A DNA stretch of 64,000 nucleotides, taken from assembly GCF_009914755.1 (NCBI RefSeq), contig NC_060928.1; one strand, written 5' to 3'. This DNA is from the human T2T-CHM13v2.0 reference genome, Homo sapiens. Made by a program: the position numbers and the translations under genes. The notes under the pieces were generated by a model, which did no database searches, was not told where the DNA came from, and saw only the letters and a list, made by a program, of their open reading frames with translations. Positions within the stretch are counted from its first letter, which is position 1. Each line of letters starts with the position of its first letter. Shown here piece by piece: positions 44,881 to 60,059 of this stretch.

Positions 44881-45734
44881 CCAGCAAAGCGACTTTCCTC
44901 AAATATTCTTGCTTGGGAACTATTTCTATTGGTTGTTAACAAATGTTCTTTAACAAAAATAAAGAGAGTTGTAGGAGTGGATTCAGCATGGAAAATCATA
45001 GTTAAATAAAGTTAAACAGGTCTCTTCAGTATTTCTTGGGAGCTCTAAAATGCAAATGTGTGTTGTGGTTCTTTAATGAAAATGGTCTATTTCCTAAACG
45101 TAGTGGGTCTTGCAGTCCTTTATTCAGAGACGTATCTCAGGGACTTGCATTACTAAGAACTTGCTTTAGTTTAAAACTCACTGATTACAGCAAAGATATC
45201 CAAAGAAACAGACTGAAATAATAATGATAAAGAAATCAGGAGATCTTGGAAATGGGTGTTGCTAAGTTATAGACAATAACATAACTTTTAGCAGTTAATG
45301 GAAAGTCACCCCAAACCAAAAGGGAAAGTCACCTTGTATTTCACTTCTCTGTGTTTGGCTTTAACACGAAGGAGTGAGAGGCCTCACATACAGAAGGCCT
45401 TGCCAGTTCCCCCATGATGTCAGCCCCCACATGGATCCACTGGTGACACTGTCCCTCTCTTCTTTTTTCCTAAGACTGTGAAAAATGCCAGTTTCCTCTC
45501 AGCATCACCCCTAGTTGCCCCATTATCCTCTGCATTTAGGTGTGCGGCCTGTCTGCCCCTGGCAGCAGGACAGCCTGACTCTCAGGCCAGTGGAACTGGC
45601 CATTGAGTCAGCTTATTTGGGTTTTCCTTGTCACTCAGCTCTCTGAGGCACAGTGTGGGAAAACCCATTAACCAACCAACAGCTTACCCCATTGATTGAT
45701 CATCGATTGCATAAATAGTAGTTTTCTAGCTAAT

Positions 45735-45955
45735 GATGACTAACAATCACCTATTTATATAGTCTTTTACCATTCTGAAAGATTTCTGTGTGATTTCTCA
45801 CGCCTCACAACAGCTCTGTGAGACATAACTGTGGCCCTTTACCAACAGGGAAACCGAGTCTCAGGGAAGTAAAGTGACTTATCCAAGGTCATTTGTCAAC
45901 CCTGGGAATGGAAACTGAGTATTTTGGTCCATAAATTGATGCTTTCTCTACCTTG
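45735..45955 (-). mobile_element. MIR
   Basis: CCTCACAACAGCTCTGTGAG...GGGAAACCGAGTCTCAGGGAAGTAAAGTGACTTATCCAAGGTCA. Confidence 0.8.
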
Positions 45956-47309
45956 TTGGCTATGTAATATGAGGAGGAGAACTGTTATCTGAAACCCAAA
46001 CTGCTTTAAGGGATGTGGCATAAACTCAAACAAAGAATCTACCTTTCGAGTGCTTCCTTTCTCTTGCAGTACTAGAGGGAGAGAGAAAAGAGAGGTTACA
46101 TTTTCAAGCCTATTTCTGGTTCTCTGTTGCCACTAAAAGGATAGCACCTGGCCTGGCCTGTCCAGGGCTTGGCAGGGCACAGTAATGAATCTTCAGTTGT
46201 GCAGTGGTGTGTCAAGAACCATCTAGGGGAGATGGAGATGAATTCATCTGCATTAAAAACTGAACTGAATTTGGGATGAAAAGAAACCAAGGATAAGCCG
46301 GCAGAAAACAAAGAATAAGAAGGTCTCAGTCAAGATGGAGGTGTCAAAGGTGTGGCAGGGGGGTCACTGGGAACGTGGCAAAAGGAAAGTCCACCGTCTG
46401 ATTGGAAATGTTTAGACTTTGGGCCTCTGTAATTCTTTTCAGAACCTCACTTGAGCCTGTGTAGGGGGTGTTTTGAAGGAAATCAATGGAAAGCAGCTGC
46501 GTGCTGCTGGTGGGTGCAGTCCGAGTGGAATAGTAAGGCGACCCATTCACCGCACTAATCCAGGGAGCGTGTGCTTCAAGATGGAAGTGATGGGGAAGAA
46601 GAGAAGATCCAGAGGGCCCCCTCCTGACCCAAGAACCCCCAGAAGATGTAGAGGCACAAGTGCTACCACTCACGTGGGATAGAGCCAAACAATTGCTTGG
46701 GCTCCCCAAACAGCCAAATACTTTAACATTTGGGTAATTGCTACATGTCTTTCAGTTGGGCCATCACAGTGGTATGATTATTTCAGAGGAATTCCTGGCT
46801 CCCAGACACCCACTTTCCAAGCCTCAAGCACTAAGAGTCTCCCGTCATGTTCCCGTCAGTGAGAAGACCCTTGCTTCTGCTTTACGCTCCTCACTCCAAA
46901 AGCGCTTTATGTTGTGATACTTGCAGTTACAGAAGGGCTGCTTCTGTTTGTTTGTTTGACAAAGTGCTCAGCCTCAGTTGACCTGGGCAGGGCTACCGAG
47001 CGCCTGACAGAAGGTGGCCTTCTCTTGTGAATTCTGTGCCTATCCACGGCCTTATTCTCACTGCTTCCCAGGAAGCACCGACTCTGTACACTGGATGGGA
47101 CCTCCCAGGACTCCACACTTCTCTGGGATGCTTGCTGGCTAATCTTCTGTCTTCTGCCCTTCTACAAAGTGTACTTTTCCCACTATTCACTTTTCCCATT
47201 TGGTTAAGACCTTGTTTCAGAGGTTTTAGCTACTGTATCTAGAAAATATCACCCAGGAACATACAGTGCCCTGCGACACATGAGCACAGAGTAGATTATG
47301 GAATGATCT

Positions 47310-47400
47310 ACCTGCAGAAGCTGACAAATGCCCTCCTCCGAGATGTCCATGCCCTCATCCTCAGAACCTGTGACTATGTTATCTTACATGGTAAAATGGT
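47310..47400 (+). mobile_element. MLT1D-like LTR 5' fragment
   Basis: GATGTCCATGCCCTCATCCTCAGAACCTGTGACTATGTTATCTTACATGGTAAAA. Confidence 0.7.
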
Positions 47401-48066
47401 AAAATGAAGAAAAGGAAAATGCAAGATAAATGCTTGATTCTGTATCTTTATTTACCAATTATTTTTAAATGAGCTGGTTTCCTAGTATTTGTCAACAGGA
47501 ATAATAAATTTTCAAAAGTCATTATTTTTATGAACTCATGAATCTAGTTCATTGCAGTAAAATTAATGCTTATTAATGCAGTAAAAAATGCTTATTAATG
47601 CTCAGATTTTCCCATCTTTTAAAAAAGATGGGAAAACAAGTGGGATCCCGTTCAGATTGGCTTCTGGGTCCATTGACATGACTCTTGGAATCTGGTAGCT
47701 TCCTTGTTTTTCTAATAAGATATTCAGACTTATTTGACATTTCTTGCCTTAGACCTAGAGTCAGCCATTTCTTCAAGGAGTCCTTTTAGTACAAAACAGT
47801 ATTTAGAGGCAACAATGTGGGCACTAAGGGTGTTCAATGCTGTTGGATTAGTCACTAATTTTTAGGTCTTTTCAATAGCACTAAGAAAAACTTTTTAAAA
47901 ATTAAAGATAAAAATACATCAGAAGTTCATACTGATACTTGCAATTCAATCCAAGACTACAGTGTTTAACCTAACCTCATTGATTTTACATCTGTATCTC
48001 ATTCTTTCTAGGCCAAAAGTCCTAAATCTTAACAATACCAAGAAACTTATTCTGAGGCTGTATTCC

Positions 48067-48069
<3 letters not shown>

Positions 48070-48107
<38 letters not shown>
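48070..48107. repeat. (CA)n microsatellite
   Basis: About 19 perfect AC units. Confidence 0.95.
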
Positions 48108-48109
<2 letters not shown>

Positions 48110-48248
48110 AGTCTCAAAATACCTACACCAGCATTACCATCAACAATATGATGACTAATAAACAATTTGAGATGTTTTGCAGCTCTTTCTCTCTTTTTTT
48201 TTTTTTCTGGTCATAGTTTATACCTTGCTTGGGTGTCTAGTAACCTGC

Positions 48249-48979
<731 letters not shown>

Positions 48980-49013
48980 GTACTGTATTTTAAAGTCATT
49001 TGAAATAGCTCTT

Positions 49014-49321
<308 letters not shown>

Positions 49322-49620
49322 CTATGTGGTTATGCCACCAATTCCATACAGTGTCAAATTCTTCTATTTCATTTTGGTTTTTATCTTTAGGAATTTAAAA
49401 CATTTTAATTTCAAAATTGCATAAAATATTTACATAGTCCCTAACTCAAATCTATAAACCACGGTGCATTTAGAAAAGTCTAGCTTCCATTTCTGTATTT
49501 TTTTTACCCTATTCTTTCCCCTTCCATTTAAAAATAGTTTTGTTCTTCCCTTCCATTTTAAAACATAAGCAAATATATATTTGCTATATTCCCCTTTTCC
49601 AGATAAGTTATGCAAACTTT

Positions 49621-49948
49621 TTTTAAAAATAGACTTTATTTTTTAGAGCAGTTTTAGGTTTACGAGAGAGTTCCCATATGCCCTCTACCCCCACACATGC
49701 ATATCTCTTAGGATGAACATCCCCTACCAGAGTGGACCATTTGCTACAATGGATGAACCAACATTGACACATCATTATCATCCAAAATCTATAGTTTACG
49801 TTAGGGTTCACTCTTGGTGTTGTACATTCTATGGGTCTGGACAAAGGTAAAATTACATGTATCTACCACTATAGTATCGTACAGAATAGTTTCACTGCCC
49901 TAAAAATCCTCTGTGTTCCAGCTATTCATTCTTCTCTCTCTCTAACTC
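49621..49948 (-). mobile_element. Short 5'-truncated L1 (L1MC1/2-like 3' end)
   Basis: TAGACTTTATTTTTTAGAGCAGTTTTAGGTTTAC...TTAGGGTTCACTCTTGGTGTTGTACATTCTATGGG; TSD AGTTATGCAAACTTT / AGCTATGCAAACTTT. Confidence 0.85.
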
Positions 49949-50299
49949 AGCTATGCAAACTTTATAAACCTTTTTTTTAAAACCCAGCAACCTGGAGATC
50001 ACTGCAGGCTATTGAGACCTCCCCCATTTCTTTTTATACTTAGAGTCCTCTGCAGTGTATGCAATGTGTGGCAGTATAAATTACTCCATTTCTGTGCATT
50101 TAACTGGCTACATTACACAATTGCATTATACGGATACAAGATTTATTTTGCCAATCCCTTATTATAAGTTATTTAGGTTTTTACAGAAATTGTATTTGCT
50201 CATAATCAACACTGAGATGAGTTTTAAATATATACACATTCTGCTTGAACTTCTGACTATATCACTAGAATGGGTTTCTATCTAAAAAGTTACTGAGTA

Positions 50300-50790
50300 C
50301 ATCACACAGCTTTTGCAAAACAAACTAGGCCAAAACTTACTGACTTAAAATAACCACAATTGTTTACCTCACAGTTCTGGGGTCAGTAATTTAGGTTGGC
50401 TTCATCTAGATGGTTCTTACAATCTAGACAGGGCTGAACCATGCATTTGTAGTTAGGGGCTAGATGGGGCAGGGGCTAGCTTGTTTAAGCTGGAGGCAGC
50501 TAGGACAGCTTGTCTCTGCTTCATGTGGTCTCATCCTTCAGCAGGCTGGCACTGGCTTGTCACATTAGAGTTGGACAGGGTTCCAAGAGAGCAAGCAGAA
50601 GTGTGCAAGGCTTAAAATTGGCACATCCTCATTTCTGGTGCATTCTATTGTCTAAGTCAGTCACAAGGCCAGCCCAGATTCAAGGAGTGGGGAACTAGAC
50701 TCCATCCTTTGATAAGAGGAGCTATATAAATGACATCCTAACACAGGGAGGGGCAGAGATGCAGGGCCAGTTTGAAAGCAATCTACAACT
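50300..50790 (-). mobile_element. MaLR LTR (MLT1G/H-like)
   Basis: CTCACAGTTCTGGGGTCAG...AGTCACAAGGCCAGCCCAGATTCAAGGAGTGGGGAACTAGACTCCA. Confidence 0.75.
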
Positions 50791-50849
50791 TCAAGTCAAA
50801 GAATATGAACTTTTATAAGCTCCTAGTATGTACTGGAAGGTTTCCAGTC

Positions 50850-51163
50850 TTTTATTTTTTATTTATTTATTTATTTTTGAGATAGGGCCTCAGTCTGTCA
50901 CCCAGGCTGGAGTGCAGTTGTGCTATCTTGGCTTACCACAGCCTTGACCTCCTGCGCTCAGGTTATCCTCCTACCTCTGCTTCCTGAGTAGCTGGGACTA
51001 CAGGTGCACATGCCATCATGCCTGGCTAATTTTTTTATTTTTCAAGAAGACAAGGCCTCACTACATTGCCCAGGTTGATCTTGAACTCCTTAGGCCCAAG
51101 CAATTCTCCCGTCTCGGGCTTCCAAAGTGTTGGGATTACAGGCGTGAGCCACTGCACCAGGCC
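50850..51163 (-). mobile_element. AluJ-like
   Basis: ACAGCCTTGACCTCCTGCGCTCAGG, CTCACTACATTGCCCAGG J features. Confidence 0.92.
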
Positions 51164-51669
51164 TTCATTCTTTTATCCTCTTTTTCCCATATGACAGAAT
51201 TTCACTCAGTGTAAATAGGCTGCCCTCCATTTCCATCTGGGCATAAATCCCTAGGGGCAATCATGAGTATTAATAAAATTATAGGAAGTATGCACTTGGA
51301 GCCTCACTTGCCTGAAGTGCCTATGAGGTGAATCCATGCAATGCATAGCTCAACAAATTCAACCTCAACAAATTCAACCTGGTTGCCTAACGTGGGTATA
51401 AGGATTCCATTTTGCTCATGGCCCAGTCTGGTAGACCATATTTCTGGGAAGGCAGTATCAGTATCTGGATTTGATTTGAATCAAATTACAATTACTCTGG
51501 AGCTACTCCAGGTTATACCCCAATATTCATACCGTCTCCACCTTCTCTTCTAGCTCCTCATGGAGTGATCCGGATCAGAGTAGAAGGACTCTCCAGCTGG
51601 CAGAGCAGAGGCAGCAGTGCCCTGGGAGACAGGGGAGTGGATTCTACCCCGTCTCTGCTACTTTCTAGC

Positions 51670-52061
51670 TGATATGGTTTGGCTCTGTGTCCCCACCTAA
51701 ATCTCACGTTGAATTGTAATCCCCAATGTTGAGAGAAGGACCTGGTGGAAGGTGATTGAATCATGGGGGTGAACATTCTCCTTGCTGTTCTTGTGACAGA
51801 GTTCTCATGAGATCTGGTTGTTTGAAAGTGTGTAGCACTTCCCTGCTTTGCTGTCTCTCTCTCTCTCTCTCTCCTTCCTTACTGTGTGAAGATTGTACCT
51901 ACTTCCCCTTTGCCTTCCACCATGATTGTAAGTTTCCTGAGGTCTCCCCAGCCATGCCTCCTGTCTAGCCCGCAGAACTGTGAGTCAACTAAATCTCTTT
52001 TCTCCATAAATTACTCAGTCTCAGGTATATCTTTATAACAGTGTGAGAACAGATTGATAGA
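51670..52061 (+). mobile_element. MSTA-like MaLR solo LTR inserted in a MIR
   Basis: TGATATGGTTTGGCTCTGTGTCCCCACC...CTTTATAACAGTGTGAGAACAG; perfect 5-bp TSD CTAGC (51665-51669, 52062-52066). Confidence 0.9.
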
Positions 52062-52175
52062 CTAGCTTTGTGTCATTAGAGAATCGTCATCTTTCTGAGC
52101 CTCAGTTTCCTCATCTGTAAAATTGAAAGAATAATCCCTACCTCATGGAGTCGAGATGAGGATTTGATGTAATAT
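52062..52175 (+). mobile_element. MIR
   Basis: TCTGAGCCTCAGTTTCCTCATCTGTAAAAT. Confidence 0.85.
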
Positions 52176-53193
52176 GGTGTAATATAATACAGTAAAAGAA
52201 CCCCTTCCCTTTACTCCCAGCTTTAATATTTGAGGACAACTCCTAGCTGGCAAGAGGCGTGGGAGAAGTAGAGTAAATCTTCCGTTAGGCCTCAAGTGTC
52301 TCAGACCTCTCAAGACACAAGGACCAGGGCTTCCCTTTGTCTAAGCATCTGGCTGGTGGCAATGAACATTTTATAGATGTAAGTAGTTGCTTTAAGGAAT
52401 TTCAGCAATGACATAGTTCAGGTCAAAGATTTAAAGAACACGGTGCGCAGACCTGGGCTGAAGCTGTGGCTGGCCACGCTACTTCCTTAATGTAGATGAG
52501 CGTTTGTGCAAGACCTCATCCATGGAGGCTGCTGCCTCTTCACAAACCCCACCTTCACCACTGCAGGCTCATGCAGGTGTCAAGTGGCACCAGGAGAGCA
52601 AATTTGTTTGGTTAAATGTCTGACTCATCATTCATAGCTTGACAGGTTTCTGAGCTTGCTTCAGACTTGACTTGAAAGAAAAAGGTGGGAGCTGGCAGAG
52701 AGGAAATAGGATCCTTTTATTACAGAACACTTTCCTGAGGGGTTGTTTTCTTGAATGTTAATCCAGACCCAGGTTGTTATTCTAAAGGTGCACTGGAGCC
52801 AAACTTCAGGATGGAGCTCAGCTGTTAACCCATTAGTGACTCACCCAATCATGGAGACCCAGGGATTTGTGTGAGGGCTGAGATGCTGCAAGACCTGCTG
52901 ATTGGGAGCCAAGGATTCTGACTTTTCTCTGCAGACTGAAGGTTCCCTTTCGTCATTTGCCCTTCAGACCTGGAATCCTTGCTTATCAGTGGGAAGTGGC
53001 TGTCTGCTGGATCCCATTTGATATCCCTGAGCCTGGGAACTATCTGGTAATGAGTTTCATCTGGAACTAAGTCTGGACCAATATGGATTGTCATTTGCAT
53101 GGGGTGTATGGTGGCTACCCTGAATGCCAAGTGAAATAAATGTGAAAGCAAAAACACAGGCCCCACCAGTGAGGGTCAGGGGATGTTACTCAG

Positions 53194-53421
53194 CAGGGTT
53201 AGCAAACTACAACACACAGGTCAAATCCAGCCTGCTGTCTGTTTTTTATAAATAAAATTTTATTGGAATGCAGTCACGCTCGTCTTTTTAAATGTATTGC
53301 CTATGGCTGCTTTTGTGCTAAAGTAGTAGAGTGCAGTGGCTGTGACAGAGACTGCATGACTGGCAAAGCCAAAAATGTTTACTACCTGGCCCTGGGTTAG
53401 GAAAATGCTCACCAACCCCTG
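53194..53421 (+). mobile_element. MER58A hAT-Charlie MITE
   Basis: CAGGGTTAGCAAACTAC...AAATAAAATTTTATTGGAA...CTATGGCTGCTTT...AAAGCCAAAAATGTTTACTACCTGGCCC...ACCCCTG. Confidence 0.9.
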
Positions 53422-53740
53422 GGTTAGATGCACCCTTCCAGAAACACAACCCCTTTCCTACTGACCAGCCCTGTGGACATGCTTTCTCTAGCCAGTGTCC
53501 ATCTTGAATGCAGGTAACGGCCTGGCCTCAGAGCTGAGGGCACCTGGTGCTGGGCCCATGGCCCTTCAGAGGCTAGCAAACCAGTGCTTCCACAGAAGGC
53601 TCAGGAAGATGGGGTGGAGGGTGTGGTGGGCAGCTCCTCTCTGCTGGGCAGCTCCTCTCTGCTGTTGACCCTCACTGGATTCATCATCTAGGGTGTTCTA
53701 GTAAGTAATGAAGAAACAAAGAAATTCCTTTGATCAGGGC

Positions 53741-54500
<760 letters not shown>

Positions 54501-54778
54501 AGGAGCTCTGTGTCACTGCAAGGCCTATGTCATACAATAACACGAAAATCTTATGACTGCGATAAAGAGAAAAAAAATCTGTAACATATGGCTCAATAAT
54601 TGGTGATTAAACTTCTATTCTGTACAAGCTACGATGCTCCATTCTGAATCATTTAAACTTTATGAGAACCCTTTGCAAATGAGAAAATGAGTCCCAAGGT
54701 GTTTAATTTCTCAAACAGTAGAGCAGATTTCAAACCCTGGTCTGCCTGGTTTTGAAACCCTCTCCCTGTTCACTAGGC

Positions 54779-54890
54779 CAGTAGTTCTCAAACTATTATC
54801 CTGGAACCAGTGATACCAGGATCACCTGGCAACTTGTTAGTAATGCAAAGCTTCAGGCCCCACCTCACACATACTGAACCAAAAACTCTG
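54779..54890. mobile_element. MER5A-like fragment
   Basis: CAGTAGTTCTCAAACT...ATCACCTGGCAACTTGTTAGTAATGCAAA...CAGGCCCCACC. Confidence 0.75.
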
Positions 54891-55033
54891 CTACAGTAGC
54901 AGAAGGGGACTGTGGCCAAAGTTCTGGAATCCATGAATTGGGCCAGGCCTGAGAGCAGGCAGGTTGACATTTATTAGCTACGTAAGTGCCAGGCACATGG
55001 CTGATTGGCTTCATTTAGGCTGTTTTATATGAT

Positions 55034-55519
55034 TGTGGTAGGCAGAAAATGGCATCCCCAAAAGGTCCAAATCCTAATCCCCAGAACCGTGAAGGTGTTC
55101 CCTTACATGGTAAAAGCGTCTTTGCAGATGTGATGAAATTAAAGATCTTGAGATGGGCAGATTATCTTGGGTTCTCTAAGGGGGGCCAACAAAATCTCAA
55201 GGTCTTTATCAAGGAAAGAGGTAGGGAGGAAAGTCAGTTAGAGAATGTGTGAGGATGCTTACACTGGTGGCCTTGAAGATGGAAGTAGGGGCCACGAGCC
55301 CAGGAATGGAGACAGCCTCTAGAAGTTGGGAAAGGCAAGGAAATGAATTCTCCCCTAGAGCCTACAGAGAGAGAGAGCTGCCAACACCTTGATTTTATCC
55401 CAGTGAAATCCATTTTGGACTTCTGACCTCTGAAACTGTAAGATAATAAATGTGTTATTTTAATCTACTATGTGTGGTAATGTATTCATTTGTTACAGCA
55501 GCAACAGGAAACAGATACA
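55034..55519 (+). mobile_element. MLT1D solo LTR
   Basis: TGTGGTAGGCAGAAAATGGC...TTTGCAGATGTGAT...TTCTCCCCTAGAGCCT...GTTACAGCAGCAACAGGAAACAGATACA. Confidence 0.88.
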
Positions 55520-55741
55520 CTGTATCTGATTGGTTAATGTGTTTCGATCCAGGCAAATATCCAACTTCAAGCTACAAAAGCCAATGCCCGCAGCAGCCTT
55601 GTTCCTGGCAACCAGACCTCTCCACTGCTGAATCAGAAAGCTATTAATAGTCCAAAGACCCACCATCCACGGAGGCCAACTTGGCCTTCTCCAACAAGGA
55701 AGCTAACAGGTAATAGCAGTTTCAATGACATGGAGTCTAAA

Positions 55742-56215
<474 letters not shown>

Positions 56216-58825
56216 TGGATGCCTACTCATCAGAGACCACCACCTCCTCAGAGTCCCTCTGCATTTACGGGTCTAGGTGAGGGCTTTCAAAATCGGATGG
56301 GTCGTCAGCCTCACCTGGGCGCCTGTCAACAAAGGGTGGACTCCACCCCGGGCCTGCAGAACCAGGAATCTACAAGTCTATTGGGCGCCTCCATTCTGAG
56401 GCCAGTGGTTTATGCACAGGTGTTTGAACACAACTGCTTGAAATCACAAAAGCAAACAACTCCTCAACAGATTACCTGCACCTCCATTCTGAGTTTGTAC
56501 AGAATCAGTGCCATTATCTGAAATATGAAATACTTATCCCCTGATCACTCCTCTTTCCTCCTCATCTTAGGACCTCAAGCACTTCAAAGCCTGAGCGAAC
56601 CCCCCAGAGAAGGTGGCTTGGCCACAGAGGGAGCCCCACAGAGACCCCTGCGAGGCTGAGCGGGGGGACACTGAGCTCCCACTGCAGGGTCAGGGCCAGC
56701 TAAACTCTATGGCTTCCTTGCTTTCTGGATCCCAAGCTCTCACCTCCAGCCAGACATTACTAGTGTGAATTCCACCTCCTTTTGCTGGGGAGGGCAAAGT
56801 GCAGCAGCCTGCAGGTACAATTTACTCCAGCATGGGCTCATAAAACACTGCAAATGAAACTTCAAAGGCCGTGGGCAGCCACCGCCCATGGGTCCACCTT
56901 TCTCCAAACCCTCATTAGCCGCCCACCCTTGGAGTTCTCCTCCAGGGTGATCTCAGCTCCCTTCCCTACCCCACCCTCTATTAAGGCTTCCATTAAGTAA
57001 GCTGGTTTTATGACATCAGCAGTGATTAAACTGACCTGATTTCTCCCAGGCTGGCAGAGTCAAGAGCCCGAGTCAATAGGAAACCAGTTCCAAGGGACTC
57101 AGCTAAGCCACTCAGAGAAAAAAAGACCTGAGCTTTATTCGGAGAGGAAAAAAAAAAAAATGGTATGCAGCTGCAGCTTACCCCGCATGACACTGCACAG
57201 AATCCCAAAGAAATAGAGCGGGAGAGACCCAGCCGTGCCTGCAGCCTGCCCCTCTCTCGGCTTGTGGCTAGGATTAGGGAAATGCTCTGACCTATACACA
57301 TGGATGGACATTTGCTCAAAAGAGTTGGTATAACTAGCACTATTTCCCTTGGGGACAGTGGCAGCCTCCTGCCAGGTCATCTTGTTTGCTGGGCTTACTC
57401 TGGGATTTGCCAGCCCCATCCTTCCACCTAGGTCTCCTCGGACCCACCACACTGCCTCTGGCTTCTTTTTTCATGCTTTGTCCCACACCTGGAGTAGCTT
57501 TTTTTTTTTTGCCTTATCTAGTAAACTCCTACTCATCCCTCAAAACCCTGCTCAGGCTTTGATTCGTCCAAAAATCCTTCCTCCCCTCACCCCCAGCCAG
57601 AATTACTTTCATGCATATAATTCCGTTTGTTCTGGCCTCAAAGTGTGGTCCCTGGACTGGAAGCTTCAGAATCATCTGGAAATGTGCTAGAAATGCAGGC
57701 TCCCAGGCCTCCCTTACCACTCCTTTACAAGTACACAAGGTTAGTGCTTCCGTGGAACACCCATCTCTATAGCATCCTGTGCTTTCCCCCTTTGGCACTG
57801 CTCACAACTGTCATTCTTGGATTCTTTGTTTAATATCTTCCCCCCCACCCCCTCCGCCATAGACGAAGTTCCCCAAGACCCAGATTGTGTTTCTGCTCCT
57901 GCATCCTTGGTGCCAGCCAGTGCCTGCAACGTTGTAGGGGCACTTCCCCTCTGGGCTCATCATCCTCAGCTCAGGTGCTACTTCATCCTTGCCTGCAAAC
58001 CTCCAGGTCCTACCCATGGTTTCCTTCCATAAGCATGGGAAGTCGCAGGCAGCAGGGCTCTGGCAGCCTGACCTGACTTGCCAGAGCTTAAGACCTGGCC
58101 TGTGTGGGTTAATGATGAAAGCGCTGCCGGGGAGTTTTCACGTGGCTATTTTATACGTCCATCTCCATTGCCCAAGTCCCATTGGATGCCCCCTGCTTTC
58201 TTTTGGTTCCTGGGCACATAGTGAGTGCTTTCATTCCTGACTGTAGGTTTCCTGACATGATCTGGTCAGAATAGGGGAATTCTTCATGATAGGTGATTCG
58301 CTGTACAAAGTAGTGTTTTAGCAGCTACTGTGTGCCAGGCAGATCCCAGGTGCTAAGGACAGAACTTCGAACAAACAGTAAAAACTCCAGCCTCCTGGGG
58401 CTTACATTCCACCGTATGTCCCTGTATTTGTGTTAAAAGAACAGAGTAATGTGTTGCCAGTAAGTAACATTTTCCTGGACTTTAGAAACTGCATTCCCTG
58501 TGAAAGTGAGCTGTGGGTTGCTCTGGAGATGTGGCCTGTGTCTCTGAAAAGTTGTCAAAGTTTTCCCTAAGGATTCTAGGAGTCTATCCTTGAGGTAATA
58601 CCTCAAGGATTTAGTAAGTCTCTGGTTTCTAGGGTGTGGTATTCACAGTGGTGACAAACATTATTGTAAGAGAATGTTCTACCCTTGAGAACTCATCTGG
58701 GGATGGGAAGAAAGCCAAAAAGCAAACTGCTTCGTTCTCTAGTTTAATCTGCCTGTTACATGGTCTCCTAGAAGCCTGTATCTTCTCTTCAAAGCACTTC
58801 ATTGTTTATATGACTATTAGTTTTA

Positions 58826-59008
58826 TCTCTTCCCTCCTCTTTCCTCTCTCTCCTCTCCTGATTGCCTTCTTTCCTCTCCTCCTCCTCCTTCTCCTTCTTC
58901 TTCTCCTCTTCTTCATTCTCCTCCTTCTCCTTCTTCTCCTCCTCCTCCTCCTTCTCTTTCTTTCTCCTTCTACTTCCTTTCTCCTTCTCTCCTCCTGTCT
59001 CTCTTGTT
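58826..59008. repeat. Polypyrimidine (CCT/CTT)n tract
   Basis: Direct reading; source of spurious poly-Leu/poly-Arg ORFs. Confidence 0.95.
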
Positions 59009-59152
59009 CACTGATTATTTCTGTCATGCAGCATGTGCCTACACATGCTGGTGTTCTGTCAAATCGGGGGATAAAGGTGGGGAGTGAATCTTGAGATTAT
59101 CTTTAGACCTGCAATGCTTGTGCATTTGATATTTTTATTTTGGGGCAGAGGA

Positions 59153-59449
59153 ATTTTTTTTTTGGAGATGAAGTCTCGCTTTGTCACCCAGGCTGGGGTA
59201 CAGTGGTGTGATCTTGGCTCACTGCAACTTCCGCCTTTCAGGCTCAAGCTATTCTTCTGCCTCAGCCTCCCGAGTAGCTGGGATTACAGTGCTACCATGC
59301 CTGGCTAATTTTTGTATTTTTAGTAAAGATGGGGTTTCACCAGTTTGGCCAGGCTAGTCTTGAACTACTGACCTCAAGTGATCCACCTGCCTCAGCCTCC
59401 CAAAATGCCAAAATGCTGGGATTACAAGCTTGAGCCACCATGCCTGGCC
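59153..59449 (-). mobile_element. Alu (S-type)
   Basis: TSD GGCAGAGGAATTTT / GGCAGAAGAATTTT; internal 8-bp duplication CAAAATGC. Confidence 0.93.
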
Positions 59450-60059
59450 AGGCAGAAGAATTTTATTTTTGAGATTTATGACCTAATGCAGCCCTTACCA
59501 ATATTCTTAACACTCTCCTTTTAAGTTTTTGAGTAAGCCTGTTTCATTGCAAGTCATCATTGCCAGCTTCAGGTGTTTGACCCAAAGAAGGATATTTGTA
59601 TTCCGCTTTGAGCTACGGCTCTACTTAATTAAGTAATCTTAAGTAGATGCTCCTGCCTCAGAAGGCCTCCAAGCCTCTTCCTTGTAAAAGGAGTTGATTG
59701 GTCTGTGTGATTCCTTAGGCCTCTCCAGCTCTACAGCCCATCCCCATTCAGCCAGAGGACATGGCGCTTCTTCGAGGTCTCTGCCAGGACATTAGTAGGC
59801 AGTGGAAATCTTCCACCAAAATTCAAGGGGGATTTTGAATATCAGAAGATGGAAAATGAGAATCAATCCATCAAATTTATTATTTGTTATTAATTAAGGG
59901 TGAAAGAAAAGAGTGAAAGTACTGACCAATATGCATCTGTGATTTCAATTGGCCATGTTGTCACAGTCTTCTGTTTCTGTGGAAAATTAAGATTTGCCTT
60001 TATGTCAGCTGCTGGGTATTCAGGCAGACAATGTTGTAGAAGGAGAAAAGTACAGCTGT

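Noticed and set aside
56388-56492. 13-bp direct repeat CCTCCATTCTGAG about 90 bp apart (also GGAAAGTCACC x2 near 45300)
   Set aside because: No tail or recognisable insert between the copies, and too short to support a mechanism.
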